Below are positions 36,601 through 50,500 of a stretch of 64,000 bases of DNA, in pieces (within the stretch, counting starts at the first letter, position 1; each line of letters begins with the position of its first letter). The stretch is from Pristiophorus japonicus. Taxonomy: Eukaryota. The notes under the pieces were generated by a model. The model was not told where the DNA came from. It did not search any database and worked only from the letters and a program-made list of their open reading frames with translations. Location: positions 37,014,001 to 37,078,000 of the forward strand of contig NC_091997.1 of assembly GCF_044704955.1 (NCBI RefSeq), given 5' to 3'. Made by a program: the position numbers and the translations under genes.

Positions 36601-39600
36601 GTCGGGGCCCGGGGCAAAGGAGACCAGGGGTCGGGGCCCGGGGCAAAGGAGACCAGGGGTCGGGGCCCGGGGCAAAGGAGACCAGGGGTCGGGGCCCGGG
36701 GCAAAGGAGACCAGGGGTCGGGGCCCGGGGCAAAGGAGACCAGGCGTCGCGGCCCGGGGCAAAGGAGACCAGGGGTCGGGGCCCGGGGCAAAGGAGACCA
36801 GGGGTCGGGGCCCGGGGCAAAGGAGACCAGGGGTCGGGGCCCGGGGCAAAGGAGACCAGGGGTCGGGGCCCGGTGCAAAGGAGACCAGGGGTCGGGGCCC
36901 GGGGCAAAGGAGACCAGGGGTCGGGGCCCGGGGCAAAGGAGACCAGGGGTCGGGGCCCGGGGCAAAGGAGACCAGGGGTCGGGGCCCGGGGCAAAGGAGA
37001 CCAGGGGTCGGGGCCCGGGGCAAAGGAGACCAGGGGTCGGGGCCCGGGGCAAAGGAGACCAGGGGTCGGGGCCCGGGGCAAAGGAGACCAGGGGTCGGGG
37101 CCCGGGGCAAAGGAGACCAGGGGTCGGGGCCCGGGGCAAAGGAGACCAGGGGTCGGGGCCCGGGGCAAAGGAGACCAGGGGTCGGGGCCCGGGGCAAAGG
37201 AGACCAGGGGTCGGGGCCCGGGGCAAAGGAGACCAGGGGTCGGGGCCCGGGGCAAAGGAGAGCAGGGGTCGGGGCCCGGGGCAAAGGAGAGCAGGGGTCG
37301 GGGCCCGGGGCAAAGGAGAGCAGGGGTCGGGGCCCGGGGCAAAGGAGAGCAGGGGTCGGGGCCCGGGGCAAAGGAGAGCAGGGTTCGGGGCCCGGGGCAA
37401 AGGAGACCGGGGGTCGGGGCCCGGGAGAGCAGGGGTCGGGGCCCGGGGCCCGTGAGAGCAGGGGTCAAGGCCCGGGGCCCGTGAGAGCAGGGGTCGGGGC
37501 CCGGGGCCCGTGAGAGCAGGTGTCGGGGCCCGGGGCCCGTGAGAGCAGGGGTCGGGGCCCGGGGCCCGTGAGAGCAGGGGTCGGGGCCCGGGGCCCGTGA
37601 GAGCAGGGGTCGGGGCTCGTGGCCCGGGAGACCGGGGGTCGGGGCTCGTGGCCCGGGAGACCGGGGGTCGGGCCCCGGGAGACCGGGGGTCATGGCCCGG
37701 GAGACCGGGGTCCGGGAGACCGGGGGTCGGGGCCCGGGATAGCAGGGGTCGGGGCCCGGGAGAGCAGGGGTCGGGGCCCGGGAGAGCAGGGGTCGGGGCC
37801 CGGGACAGCAGGGGTCGGGGCCCGTGGCCCGGGAGACCGGGGGTCGGCGCCCGTGGCCCGGGAGACCGGGGGTCGGGGCCCGTGGCCCGGGAGACCGGGG
37901 GTCGGGGCCCGGGAGACCGGGGGTCGGGGCCCGTGGCCCGGGAGACCGGGGGTCGGGGCCCGTGAGACCGGGGGTCGGGGCCCGTGTCCCGGGAGACCGG
38001 GGGTCGGGGCCCGTGAGACCGGGGGTCGGGGCTCGTGGCCCGGGAGACCGGGGGTCGGGGCTCGTGGCCCGGGAGACCGGGGGTCGGGCCCCGGGAGACC
38101 GGGGGTCATGGCCCGGGAGACCGGGGGTCGGGGCCCGGGATAGCAGGGGTCGGGGCCCGGGAGAGCAGGGGTCGGGGCCCGGGAGAGCAGGGGTCGGGGC
38201 CCGGGACAGCAGGGGTCGGGGCCCGGGGACCGGGAGAGCAGGGGTCGGGGCCCGGGGCCCGGGAGAGCAGGGGTCGGGGCCCGGGGCCCGGGAGAGCAGG
38301 GGTCGGGGCCCGGGGCCCGGGAGAGCAGGGGTCGGGGCCCGGGGCCCGGGAGAGCAGGGGTCGGGGCCCGGGGCGCGGGAGAGCAGGGGTCGGGTCCCGG
38401 GGCCCGGGAGAGCAGGGGTCGGGGCCCGGGGGTCGGGAGAGCGGGGGTCGGGGCCCGGGAGAGCGGGGGTCGGGGCCCGGGGGAGCGGGGGTCGGGGCCC
38501 GGGGGAGCGGGGGTCGGGGCCCGGGGGAGCGGGGGTCGGGGCCCGGGGGAGCGGGGGTCGGGGCCCGGGGGAGCGGGGGTCGGGGCCCGGGGGTCGAGGC
38601 CCGTGGCCCGGGAGACCGGGGGTCGGGGCACGTGGCCCGGGAGACCGGGGGTCGGGGCCCGTGGCCCGGGAGACCGGGGGTCGGGGCCCGTGGCCCGGGA
38701 GACCGGGGGTCGGGGCCCGTGGCCCGGGAGACCGGGGGTCGGGGCCCGTGGCCCGGGAGACCGGGGGTCGGGGCCCGTGGCCCGGGAGTCGGGGCCCGTG
38801 GCCCGGGAGACCGGGGGTCGGGGCCCGTGGCCCGGGAGACCGGGGGTCGGGGCCCGTGGCCCGGGAGACCGGGGGTCGGGGCCCGTTGCCCGGGAGACCG
38901 GGGGTCGGGGCCCGTGGCCCGGGAGACCCGGGGTCGGGGCCCGTGGCCCGGGAGTCGGGGCCCGTGGCCCGGGAGACCGGGGGTCGGGGCCCGTGGCCCG
39001 GGAGACCGGGGGTCGGGGCCCGTGGCCCGGGAGACCGGGGGTCGGGGCCCGGGACCCGGGAGAGCAGGGGTCGGAGCCCGGGACCCGGGAGAGCAGGGGT
39101 CGGGGCCCGGGGCCCGGGACCCGGGAGAGCAGGGGTCGGGGCCCGGGAGAGCAGGGGTCGGGGCCCGGGACCCGGGAGAGCAGGGGTCGGGGCCCGGGAG
39201 AGCAGGGGTCGGGGCCCGGGAGAGCAGGGGTCGGGGCCCGGGAGAGCAGGGGTCGGGGCCCGGGAGAGCAGGGGTCGGGGCACGGGAGAGCGGGCGTCGG
39301 GGCCGGGAGAGCGGGTGTCGGGGCCCGGGAGACCGGGCCCGGGAGACTGGGGGTCGGGGCCCGGGAGACCGGGGGTCGGGGGTCGGGGCCCTGGAGACCG
39401 GGGGTCGGGGCCCGGAAGAACGGGGGTCGGGGTCAGGGAGACCGGGGGTCGGGGCCAGGGAGACCGGGGGTCGGGGCCAGGGAGACCGGGGGTCGGGGCC
39501 AGGGAGACCGGGGGTCGGGGCCAGGGAGACCGGGGGTCGGGGCCAGGGAGACCGGGGGTCGGGGCCCGGGACCCGGAGCCCGGGAGAGCAGGGGTCGGGG

Positions 39601-42600
39601 CCCGGGAGACCAGGGGTCGGGGCCCGGGACCCGGGAGAGCAGGGGTCGGGGCCCGGGAGAGCAGGGGTGGGGGCCCGGGAGAGCAGGGGTCGGGGCCCGG
39701 GGGAGCAGGGGTCGGGGCCCGGGGGAGCAAGGGTCGGGGCCCGGGGGAGCAGGGGTCGGGGCCCGGGGGAGCAGGGGTCGGGGCCCGGGGGAGCAGGGGT
39801 CGGGGCCAGGGAGAGCGGGCGTCGGGGCCCGGGAGAGCGGGCGTCGGGGCCCGGGGGTCGGGGCCAGGGAGACCGGGGGTCCGGGCCCGGGAGACCGGGG
39901 GTCGGGGCCCGGGAGTCGGGGCCCGGGAGACCGGGGGTCGGGGCCCGGGAGACCGGGGGTCGGGGCCCGGGAGAGCGGGGGTCGGGGCCCGGGAGAGCGG
40001 GGGTCGGGGCCCGGGAGAGCGGGGGTCGGGGCCCGGGAGAGCGGGGGTCGGGGCCCGGGAGAGCGGGGGTCGGGGCCCGGGAGAGCGGGGGTCGGGGCCC
40101 GGGAGAACGGGGGTCGGGGCCCGGGAGACCGGGGGTCGGGGCCAGGGAGACCGGGGGTCGGGGCCCGGGACCCGGAGCCCGGGGGAAGGGGTCGATGGAG
40201 CAGGGGTGGGGGCCCGGGGGAGCAGGGGTGGGGGCCCGGGGGAGCAGGGGTGGGGGCCCGGGGGAGCAGGGGTGGGGGCCCGGGGGAGCAGGGGTGGGGG
40301 CCCGGGGGAGCAGGGGTGGGGGCCCGGGGGAGCAGGGGTGGGGGCCCGGGGGAGCAGGGGTGGGGGCCCGGGGGAGCAGGGGTCGGGGCCCGGGGGAGCA
40401 GGGGTCGGGGCCCGGGGGAGCAGGGGTCGGGGCCCGGGGGAGCAGGGGTCGGGGCCCGGGGGAGCAGGGGTCGGGGCCCGGGGGAGCAGGGGTCGGGGCC
40501 CGGGGGAGCAGGGGTCGGGGCCCGGGGGAGCAGGGGTCGGGGCCCGGGGGAGCAGGGGTCGGGGCCCGGGGGAGCAGGGGTCGGGGCCCGGGGGAGCAGG
40601 GGTCGGGGCCCGGGGGAGCAGGGGTCGGGGCCCGGGGGAGCGGGGGTCGGGGCCCGGGAGAGCGGGGGTCGGGGCCCGGGAGAGCGGGGGTCGGGGCCCG
40701 GGAGACCGGGGGTCGGGGCCCGGGAGACCGGGGGTCGGGGCCCGGGAGACCGGGGGTCGGGGCCCGGGAGACCGGGGGTCGGGGCCCGTGGCCCGGGAGA
40801 CCGGGGGTCGGGGCCCGTGGCCCGTGGCCCGGGAGACCGGGGGTCGGGGCCCGTGGCCCGGGAGACCGGGGGTCGGGGCCCGTGGCCCGGGAGACCGGGG
40901 GTCGGGGCCCGGGTTACCGGGGGTCGGGGCCCGGGACCCGGGAGAGCAGGGGTCGGGGCCCGGGACCTGGGAGAGCAGGGGTCGGGGCCCGGGACCCGGG
41001 AGAGCAGGGGTCGGGGCCCGGGAGAGCAGGGGTCGGGACCCGGGAGAGCAGGGGTCGGGGCCCGGGAGAGCAGGGGTCGGGGCCCGGGAGAGCAGGGGTC
41101 GGGGCCCGGGAGAGCAGGGGTCGGGGCACGGGAGAGCGGGCGTCGGGGCCCGGGAGAGCGGGTGTCGGGGCCCGGGAGACCGGGCCCGGGAGACCGGGGG
41201 TCGGGGCCCGGGAGACCGGGGGTCGGGGGTCGGGGCCCGGGAGACCAGGGGTCGGGGCCCGGGACCCGGGAGAGCAGGGGTCGGGGCCCGGGAGAGCAGG
41301 GGTGGGGGCCCGGGAGAGCAGGGGTCGGGGCCCGGGGGAGCAGGGGTCGGGGCCCGGGGGAGCAGGGGTCGGGGCCCGGGGGAGCAGGGGTCGGGGCCAG
41401 GGAGAGCGGGCGTCGGGGCCCGGGAGAGCGGGCGTCGGGGCCCGGGGGTCGGGGCCAGGGAGACCGGGGGTCCGGGCCCGGGAGACCGGGGGTCGGGGCC
41501 CGGGAGACCGGGGGTCGGGGCCCGGGAGACCGGGGGTCGGGGCCCGGGAGACCGGGGGTCGGGGCCCGGGAGACCGGGGGTCGGGGCCCGGGAGACCGGG
41601 GGTCGGGGCCCGGGAGACCGGGGGTCGGGGCCCGGGAGAGCGGGGGTCGGGGCCCGGGAGAGCGGGGGTCGGGGCCCGGGAGAGCGGGGGTCGGGGCCCG
41701 GGAGAGCGGGGGTCGGGGCCCGGGAGAGCGGGGGTCGGGGCCCGGGAGAGCGGGGGTCGGGGCCCGGGAGAGCGGGGGTCGGGGCCCGGAAGAACGGGGG
41801 TCGGGGCCAGGGAGACCGGGGGTCGGGGCCAGGGAGACCGGGGGTCGGGGCCCGGGACCCGGAGCCCGGGGGAAGGGGTCGAAGGAGCAGGGGTGGGGGC
41901 CCGGGGGAGCAGGGGTGGGGGCCCGGGGGAGCAGGGGTGGGGGCCCAGGGGAGCAGGGGTGGGGGCCCGGGGGAGCAGGGGTGGGGGCCCGGGGGAGCAG
42001 GGGTGGGGGCCCGGGGGAGCAGGGGTGGGGGCCCGGGGGAGCAGGGGTGGGGGCCCGGGGGAGCAGGGGTGGGGGCCCGGGGGAGCAGGGGTGGGGGCCC
42101 GGGGGAGCAGGGGTCGGGGCCCGGGGGAGCAGGGGTCGGGGCCCGGGGGAGCAGGGGTCGGGGCCCGGGGGAGCAGGGGTCGGGGCCCGGGGGAGCAGGG
42201 GTCGGGGCCCGGGGGAGCAGGGGTCGGGGCCCGGGGGAGCAGGGGTCGGGGCCCGGGGGAGCGGGGGTCGGGGCCCGGGAGAGCGGGGGTCGGGGCCCGG
42301 GAGAGCGGGGGTCGGGGCCCGGGAGACCGGGGGTCGGGGCCCGGGAGACCGGGGGTCGGGGCCAGGGAGACCGGGGGTCGGGGCCCGGGACCCGGAGCCC
42401 GGGAGAGCAGGGGTCGGGGCCCGGGAGACCAGGGGTCGGGGCCCGGGACCCGGGAGAGCAGGGGTCGGGGCCCGGGAGAGCAGGGGTGGGGGCCCGGGAG
42501 AGCAGGGGTGGGGGCCCGGGGGAGCAGGGGTCGGGGCCCGGGGGAGCAGGGGTCGGGGCCCGGGGGAGCAGGGGTCGGGGCCCGGGGGAGCAGGGGTCGG

Positions 42601-44565
42601 GGCCCGGGGGAGCAGGGGTCGGGGCCCGGGGGAGCAGGGGTCGGGGCCAGGGAGAGCGGGCGTCGGGGCCCGGGAGAGCGGGCGTCGGGGCCCGGGGGTC
42701 GGGGCCAGGGAGACCGGGGGTCCGGGCCCGGGAGACCGGGGGTCGGGGCCCGGGAGACCGGGGGTCGGGGCCCGGGAGACCGGGGGTCGGGGCCCGGGAG
42801 AGCGGGGGTCGGGGCCCGGGAGAGCGGGGGTCGGGGCCCGGGAGAGCGGGGGTCGGGGCCCGGGAGAGCGGGGGTCGGGGCCCGGGAGAGCGGGGGTCGG
42901 GGCCCGGAAGAACGGGGGTCGGGGCCAGGGAGACCGGGGGTCGGGGCCAGGGAGACCGGGGGTCGGGGCCAGGGAGACCGGGGGTCGGGGCCCGGGACCC
43001 GGAGCCCGGGGGAAGGGGTCGATGGAGCAGGGGTGGGGGCCCGGGGGAGCAGGGGTGGGGGCCCGGGGGAGCAGGGGTGGGGGCCCGGGGGAGCAGGGGT
43101 GGGGGCCCGGGGGAGCAGGGGTGGGGGCCCGGGGGAGCAGGGGTGGGGGCCCGGGGGAGCAGGGGTGGGGGCCCGGGGGAGCAGGGGTGGGGGCCCGGGG
43201 GAGCAGGGGTGGGGGCCCGGGGGAGCAGGGGTGGGGGCCCGGGGGAGCAGGGGTGGGGGCCCGGGGGAGCAGGGGTCGGGGCCCGGGGGAGCAGGGGTCG
43301 GGGCCCGGGGGAGCAGGGGTCGGGGCCCGGGGGAGCAGGGGTCGGGGCCCGGGGGAGCAGGGGTCGGGGCCCGGGGGAGCAGGGGTCGGGGCCCGGGGGA
43401 GCAGGGGTCGGGGCCCGGGGGAGCAGGGGTCGGGGCCCGGGGGAGCAGGGGTCGGGGCCCGGGAGAGCGGGGGTCGGGGCCCGGGAGAGCGGGGGTCGGG
43501 GCCCGGGAGACCGGGGGTCGGGGCCCGGGAGACCGGGGGTCGGGGCCCGGGAGACCGGGGGTCGGGGCCCGTGGCCCGGGAGACCGGGGGTCGGGGCCCG
43601 TGGCCCGTGGCCCGGGAGACCGGGGGTCGGGGCCCGTGGCCCGTGGCCCGGGAGACCGGGGGTCGGGGCCCGTGGCCCGGGAGACCGGGGGTCGGGGCCC
43701 GTGGCCCGGGAGACCGGGGGTCGGGGCCCGGGTTACCGGGGGTCGGGGCCCGGGACCCGGGAGAGCAGGGGTCGGGGCCCGGGACCTGGGAGAGCAGGGG
43801 TCGGGGCCCGGGGGAGCAGGGGTCGGGGCCCGGGAGAGCAGGGGTCGGGGCCCGGGGGAGCAGGGGTCGGGGCCCGGGGGAGCAGGGGTCGGGGCCCGGG
43901 GGAGCAGGGGTCGGGGCCCGGGGGAGCAGGGGTCGGGGCCAGGGAGAGCGGGCGTCGGGGCCCGGGAGAGCGGGCGTCGGGGCCCGGGAGACCGGGGGTC
44001 GGGGCCCGGGAGACCGGGGGTCGGGGCCCGGGAGAGCGGGGGTCGGGGCCCGGGAGAGCGGGGGTCGGGGCCCGGGAGAGCGGGGGTCGGGGCCGGGAGA
44101 GCGGGGGTCGGGGCCCGGAAGAACGGGGGGTCGGGGCCAGGGAGACCGGGGGTCGGGGCCAGGGAGACCGGGGGTCGGGGCCCGGGACCCGGAGCCCGGG
44201 GGAAGGGGTCGAAGGAGCAGGGGTGGGGGCCCGGGGGAGCAGGGGTGGGGGCCCGGGGGAGCAGGGGTGGGGGCCCGGGGGAGCAGGGGTGGGGGCCCGG
44301 GGGAGCAGGGGTGGGGGCCCGGGGGAGCAGGGGTGGGGGCCCGGGGGAGCAGGGGTGGGGGCCCGGGGGAGCAGGGGTGGGGGCCCCGGGGGAGCAGGGG
44401 TGGGGGCCCGGGGGAGCAGGGGTCGGGGCCCGGGGGAGCAGGGGTCGGGGCCCGGGGGAGCAGGGGTCGGGGCCCGGGGGAGCAGGGGTCGGGGCCCGGG
44501 GGAGCAGGGGTCGGGGCCCGGGGGAGCAGGGGTCGGGGCCCGGGGGAGCAGGGGTCGGGGCCCGG
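30600..44565 (+). repeat. 14-kb G-rich, CpG-dense satellite (22-bp GGGGTCGGGGCCCGGGAGAGCA and 29-bp variants)
   Basis: Continuous tandem array running into the gap, with recurring blocks of variant units. Confidence 0.98.
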
Positions 44566-44765
44566 NNNNNNNNNNNNNNNNNNNNNNNNNNNNNNNNNNN
44601 NNNNNNNNNNNNNNNNNNNNNNNNNNNNNNNNNNNNNNNNNNNNNNNNNNNNNNNNNNNNNNNNNNNNNNNNNNNNNNNNNNNNNNNNNNNNNNNNNNNN
44701 NNNNNNNNNNNNNNNNNNNNNNNNNNNNNNNNNNNNNNNNNNNNNNNNNNNNNNNNNNNNNNNNN
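44566..44765. other. Assembly gap, exactly 200 N
   Basis: The round length suggests an unsized scaffold join; different repeat families lie on each side. Confidence 0.99.
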
Positions 44766-45818
44766 TGGGGGAAAGAGGGGGACGGGGGGGAAAGAGGGGG
44801 ACGGGGGGGGATAGAGGGGGACGGGGGGGATAGAGGGGGACGGGGGGGAAGAGGGGGACGGGGGGGAAGAGGGGGACGGGGGGGAAGAGGGGGACGGGGG
44901 GGAAGAGGGGGACGGGGGGAAGAGGGGGACGGGGGGGGAAGAGGGGGGGGAAGAGGGGGGGGAAAGAGGGGGGGGAAAGAGGGGGACGGGGGGAAGAGGG
45001 ACGGGTGGGAAAGAGGGGGACGGGGGGGGGAGAGGGGGACGGGGGGGAAGAGGGGGGGGGAAAGAGGGGGACGGGGTGGGAAAGAGGGGGACGGGGGGGA
45101 GAGGGGTAACGGGGGGGGGGAGAGGGGTAACGGGGGGGAGAGGGGTAACGGGGGGGGAGAGGGGTAACGGGGGGGGGAAGAGGGGTAACGGGGGGGGAAG
45201 AGGGGTAACTGGGGGGAAGAGGGGTAACAGGGGGGGGGAAGAGGGGGACGGGGGGGGAAAGAGGGGGACGGGGGGGGGAAGAGGGGGGACGGGGGGGGAA
45301 GAGTGGGACGGGGGGGGGAAGAGGGGGACGAGGGGAAGAGGGGGACGGAGGGGAAAGAGGGGACGGGGGAGGGGTAACGGGGGGGGAAGAGGGGTAACGG
45401 GGGGAAGAGGGGTAACGGGGGGGAAGAGGGGTAACGGGGGGAGAGGGGTAATGGGGGGAGAGGGGTAACGGGGGGGGAAGAGGGGTAACGGGGGGGAAGA
45501 GGGGTAACGGGGGGGGAAGAGGGGTAACGGGGGGGAGAGGGGTAACAGGGGGGGAGAGGGGTAACGGGGGGGGAAGAGGGGTAACGGGGGGGAAGAGGGG
45601 TAACGGGGGGGAAGAGGGGTAACGGGGGGGAAGAGGGGTAACGGGGGGGGGAAGAGGGGTAACGGGGGTGGTGAAAGAGGGGGAGGGGGAAGAGGGGGAC
45701 GGGGGGGGGGAGAGGGGGACGGGGGGGAGAGGGGGACGGGGGGGGGAGAGGGGGACGGGGGGAGAGATGGGGAGGGGGACGGGGGGGGAGAGGGGACGGG
45801 GGAGAGGGGGACGGGGGT
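44766..45818 (+). repeat. Polypurine minisatellite GGGGGGGAAGAGGGG(GAC/TAAC)
   Basis: Tandem G/A-rich units starting right after the PGAP3 exon 5 donor. Confidence 0.95.
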
Positions 45819-45829
45819 AAGAGACTCAC

Positions 45830-45891
45830 CGGACACAGCACAGGTAGACGGAGTAAAGCATCACGGCCGAAGCACAGAAATAATCCATTTT
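45830..45891 (-). CDS. PGAP3: PGAP3 exon 5
   Basis: KMDYFCASAVMLYSVYLCCV(R); 62 nt; AG and GTGAGT; ends in phase 2. Confidence 0.95.
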
Positions 45892-45957
45892 CTGCAAAAT
45901 GAAAATGACAATAAATGCCACATTGCCGGTGGGTGTAAAACCACGACTGTTGGGTCA

Positions 45958-46056
<99 letters not shown>

Positions 46057-46399
46057 CTACAGGGAGAGAGAGGCTGCCGATCACTTAAAATATCAGTCAC
46101 ATCAAAGAGCCCAGCTTTCAGCCCTGTCGCTCAGCCCTGTCGCTCAGCCCTGAGGTCAGTGTCGGGAGTTTGAACACAACGCATCGCAGGCACAATGCGA
46201 GACTGTGCGTCCGACTTGAGCTAACACCAGCGTGATGAGCGGTGCGAGGACAGGCTGGAGATAACCAGAACACACCGTGCAGTGACTAGCACTCAGCCCT
46301 GCCTCAGCAGACTCCAATTCCATTATGGGAGAACGACATTACACTCTGACTGTCAATGGGTAGGGATGGGATCAGCACAAGCCTCTTCATGGAATGATA

Positions 46400-46915
46400 C
46401 AGCACAGAACGAGCTATCCAATTCGACCCACTCCCCTGCTCTTCCCCGTAGCTCTGCAAGTTTCCCATCTCAAATCCAATTCCCTTTTGAAAGTTATTAT
46501 CGAATCTGCTCCCACCGTCCTTTCAGGCAGCGCGTTCCTGATCACAACAACTCACTGCGTAAAAAAATGTTTCCTCATCTCCCCCTCTGGTTCTTTTGCC
46601 AATCACCTTAAATCTGTGTCCCTCCGGTTACAGACTCTCCTGCCTCTGGGAACAATGTCTCCTTATTTACTCAATCAAAACCCCTCATGATTTTGAACAC
46701 CTCGATTAAATCTCTCCTCAACCTTCTCTGCTCCAAGGAGAACAGCCCCAGCTTCTCCAGTCTCTCCACGTAACGGAAGTCCCTTGTCCCTGGAACCATT
46801 CTGGTAAATCCCCTCTGCACCCTCTCCAAGGTCTTGACAACTTTCGTAAAATACGGGGGCCAGAATTGGCCACAATACTCCAGCTGGGGTGGTTTATAAA
46901 GGTTTTGCACAACTT
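46400..46915 (-). mobile_element. CR1 3' fragment
   Basis: PQLEYCGQFWPP, RRLRRDLIEVFKIM. Confidence 0.85.
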
Positions 46916-46934
46916 CCTCTAAAGACTCTTAGTT

Positions 46935-47545
46935 TTAGTTTGAGTTGGATAGATAAGGGGGAACCAGTGGATATGGTGTATTTGGATTTTCAAAAAGTAT
47001 TGGATAAGGTACCTCAAAAGAGGGTATTGCACAAAGTTAGGGCTCTTGGATTGGGGGTAATATATTAGCATGAATTGAGGATTGGTTAATGGACAGAAAA
47101 CAGAGAGTAGGAATAAACGGGTTGGCAGGCTGTAACTAGTGGGGTGCCGCAAGGATCTGTGCTGGGGCTTCAGCTGTTCACAATCTATAACAATAGCTTA
47201 GATGAAGGGACCGAGTGTAATGTATCCAAGTTTGATGACAATACAAAGCTAGGTGGGAAAGTAAGTTGTGAGGAGGATGCAAAGAGGCTGCAGGGGATAT
47301 AGACAGGTTAAATAAGTGGGCAAGAACATGGCAGATAGAATGGAATGTGAGGAAGTGTGAAATGATCCACTTTGGTAAGAAAAATAGAAAAGCAGAATTT
47401 TTTTTTTTAAATAGTGAGAGATTGGGAAATGTCGGTGTTCAGAGGGACCTGGGTGTCCTTGTACACGAATCACTGAAAGTTAACATGCAGGTACAGCAAG
47501 CAATTAGGAAAGCAAATGGTATTTAAGCTTTTAGTACAAAAGGAT
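46935..47545 (+). mobile_element. CR1 RT fragment
   Basis: DNA similar to the RT of the other CR1 copies (GEPVDMVYLDFQK, GVPQGSVL). Confidence 0.85.
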
Positions 47546-50500
47546 TGGAGTAGAATGATAGAACGGTTCTAGCCACGTGCAAATTGGTGCTGGGAGAAGC
47601 TGATTAGGGAAGTGAACACGTGGCTGAAGGAGTGGTGTGGGAAAGAGGGGTTCCATTTGTATTGGGACAGGAAGGAACATAGAAACATAGAAAATAGGTG
47701 CAGGAGTAGGCCATTCGGCCCTTCGAGCCTGCACCACCATTCAACATGATCATGGCTGATCATGCAACTTCAATACCCCACTCCTGCTTTCTCTTCATAC
47801 CCCCTGATCCCTTTGACCATAAGGGCCACATCTAACTCCCTTTTGAATATGTCCAACGAACTGGCCTCAACAACTTTCTGCGGTAGAGAATTCCACAGGT
47901 TCACAATTCTCTGGGTGAAAAAGTTTCTCCTCATCTCGGTCCTAAATGGCTTACTCCTTATCCTTAGACTGTGACCCCCCTGGTTCTGGACTTCCCCAAA
48001 ATCAGGAACATTCTTCCTGCATCTAACCTGTCCATTCCCGTCAGAATTTTATATGTTTCTATTAGATCCCCTCTCAATCTTCTAAATTCCAGTGAGTATA
48101 AGCCTAGTCAATCCAGTCTTTCTTCATATGTCAGTCCTGCCATCCCAGGAATTAGTCTGATGAACCTTCGCTGCACTCCCTCAATAGCAAGAATGTCCTT
48201 CCTCAGATTAGGAGACCAAAACTGAACACAATATTCCAGGTGAGGTCTCACCAAGGCCCTGCACAACTGCAGTAAGACCTCCCTGCTCCTATACTCCCCT
48301 CGCTATGAAGGCCAACATGCCATTTGCTTTCTTTACTGCCTGCTTCTTTACTGTTTGTCTACCTTCAGTGACTGATGTACCAGTACCGTTGGGACGGGCT
48401 CTACCTGAACCAGGCTGGGACCAGGTCCTAGCGGAAAGGATAAAGGGTGGTCACCAGGACTTCAAACTAGTAAATGGGGTTGGGGGGGGGGGGGGGGGGC
48501 TCAGGTGGAACTTGTAGTAAAAATAGTTTAAAAACAAACGCAAGGGAAGAGAGTAGAGTAACACCAGAAATTGCGCTTTGGGCACTAGAGGTAAGGGGAA
48601 AACTAAAAGATGGAAAGTGATTAAACCAGGAGAGAGAAATAAGAAACATGTGAGTAAAGCAGCAGAGCTGAAGCATAGGCTTGGGTGTGTGGTCCCAAAT
48701 AAGCGTTCTTTATACAAACGCAAAGTGTAAGGAATACATTGAATGAACTGCAGGCACAAATTCAACTTGGAGGGTGTGACATGGCAGCCATTGCTGAGAC
48801 ATTGCTGCAAGTCAGGACTGGGAACTAAATATACCCGGTTATAAGGTCAACGGGACAGATAGGGAAACTGGCAGAGTGGGAGGGGTAGCCTTAGTGATTA
48901 AAGATAAAATCACTTCAGTGATTATATCCTCTCTTAACAGAGGGAAGCAGCCAATGGAGACTTTATGGGTTGTATTAAGAAATAGGAAAGGATTTAAGGC
49001 TGTAGTGGGAGTTGTGTATAGGCCCCCTGGTAGCAGCTGTGAAGTGTTAGATTGTATACATGCAGGGATTGGACAAGCATGTAATAAAGGCAGAGTGGGT
49101 TTAATGGGGCATTTTAACTTTCATATAGATTGGGAAAAGCAGAATAGCATCTGTCAGAAAGGTAGGGAATTTCTTGAGTGTGTCCCAGATAGCTTACAAC
49201 AATATGTCCCAGAACAACAAGGGGACAAGCCATATTAGATTTAGTAATGAGCCAGATTTAGTTATTAACCTAACTGTGCGTGAACATTTATCCAATAGCG
49301 ATCATAACATTATCAAGTTTAATGTAGTGTTTGACGGGAGAAACGTGAAACAGTGACTAAGATTCTAGATTTGGGTAAAGCTGACTTCAGCAGGATGAGG
49401 CAGAGACTGCCCACAGTAAACTGGGCAAACCTGTTCATGGGTAAAACGGCAGAAGATCAGTGGGAGGTGTTCAAAGAATAATTGAAGGTGATACAGAACC
49501 AGTTTATCCCTGAGGGCCAAGAGCTCCACTGGCCCAAAAACCAGCCATGGACGGCCAGAGAGGTGAGGGACAGCATCAACTGAAGGGCAAAGGGCAGACA
49601 AATCCCCCCAAAACACCGATCCTGGCCAATGGGAAAGATACAAAGGGGCAGCACAGGGTCACAGAACAGATAGCGAGAGCTACAAAAAGGGAATATGTAA
49701 AGAAACTCGCGAGGGATATCAAAATCAACACACATTTTTTTTACAATTATATTAGGAAAGAGGCTAGTCAAGAGTAACACGGGCCCCTTAAACACAAAGT
49801 GGTGAGAGTATCGATGATAAGAAGGAAACAGTGGACATGTTGCATAATTACTTTGCGCCAGTATTTACAGTCAAGGAACAGGATAGCATGCTGGAAATCC
49901 AAAGGAAACTAAATCAGGGACTTAATAAAATGAACCCAAGTAAAATAACAGTAATGAAGATGATAATGGCACTAAAGAGTGACAGATCCCCAGGGCCAGA
50001 TGGCTTCCACCCAGGGTTTAAAGGAAGTCGGTGAGTACATTGCAGACGCACTGACTATAATCTTCCAAAGTTCTCTAGACTCAGGAACCGCCCCTTTAGA
50101 TTGGAAAATTGTGCATGTACTCTGCTTTTAAAAATGGTGTGAGGGGGAACCAGGGAATTATGGACCAGTTAGCTTAACATCTGTTGTCGGAAAGTGATTG
50201 AACACCTCGAAAACTTTCAGTTGATCAGAGAGAGCCAGCATGGATTTGTGAAAGGTCATGCCTGACAAACCTGATTGCATTTTTTGAGGAGGTGACTAAA
50301 GTAGTGGACAGGGGAATGTCTATGGTGGTTATTTATATGGACTTCCAGAAGGCCTTTGATAAAGTCCCAGGTAGAAGCCCATGGAATTGAGGGCCAATGA
50401 ATGACCTAGTTAGGCAATTGGCTGAGTGGCAGGAGACAGAGAGTAGGGATAATGGGCAGGTACCCGAATTGGCAGGAGGTGACTGGTGGTGTCCCGCAGG

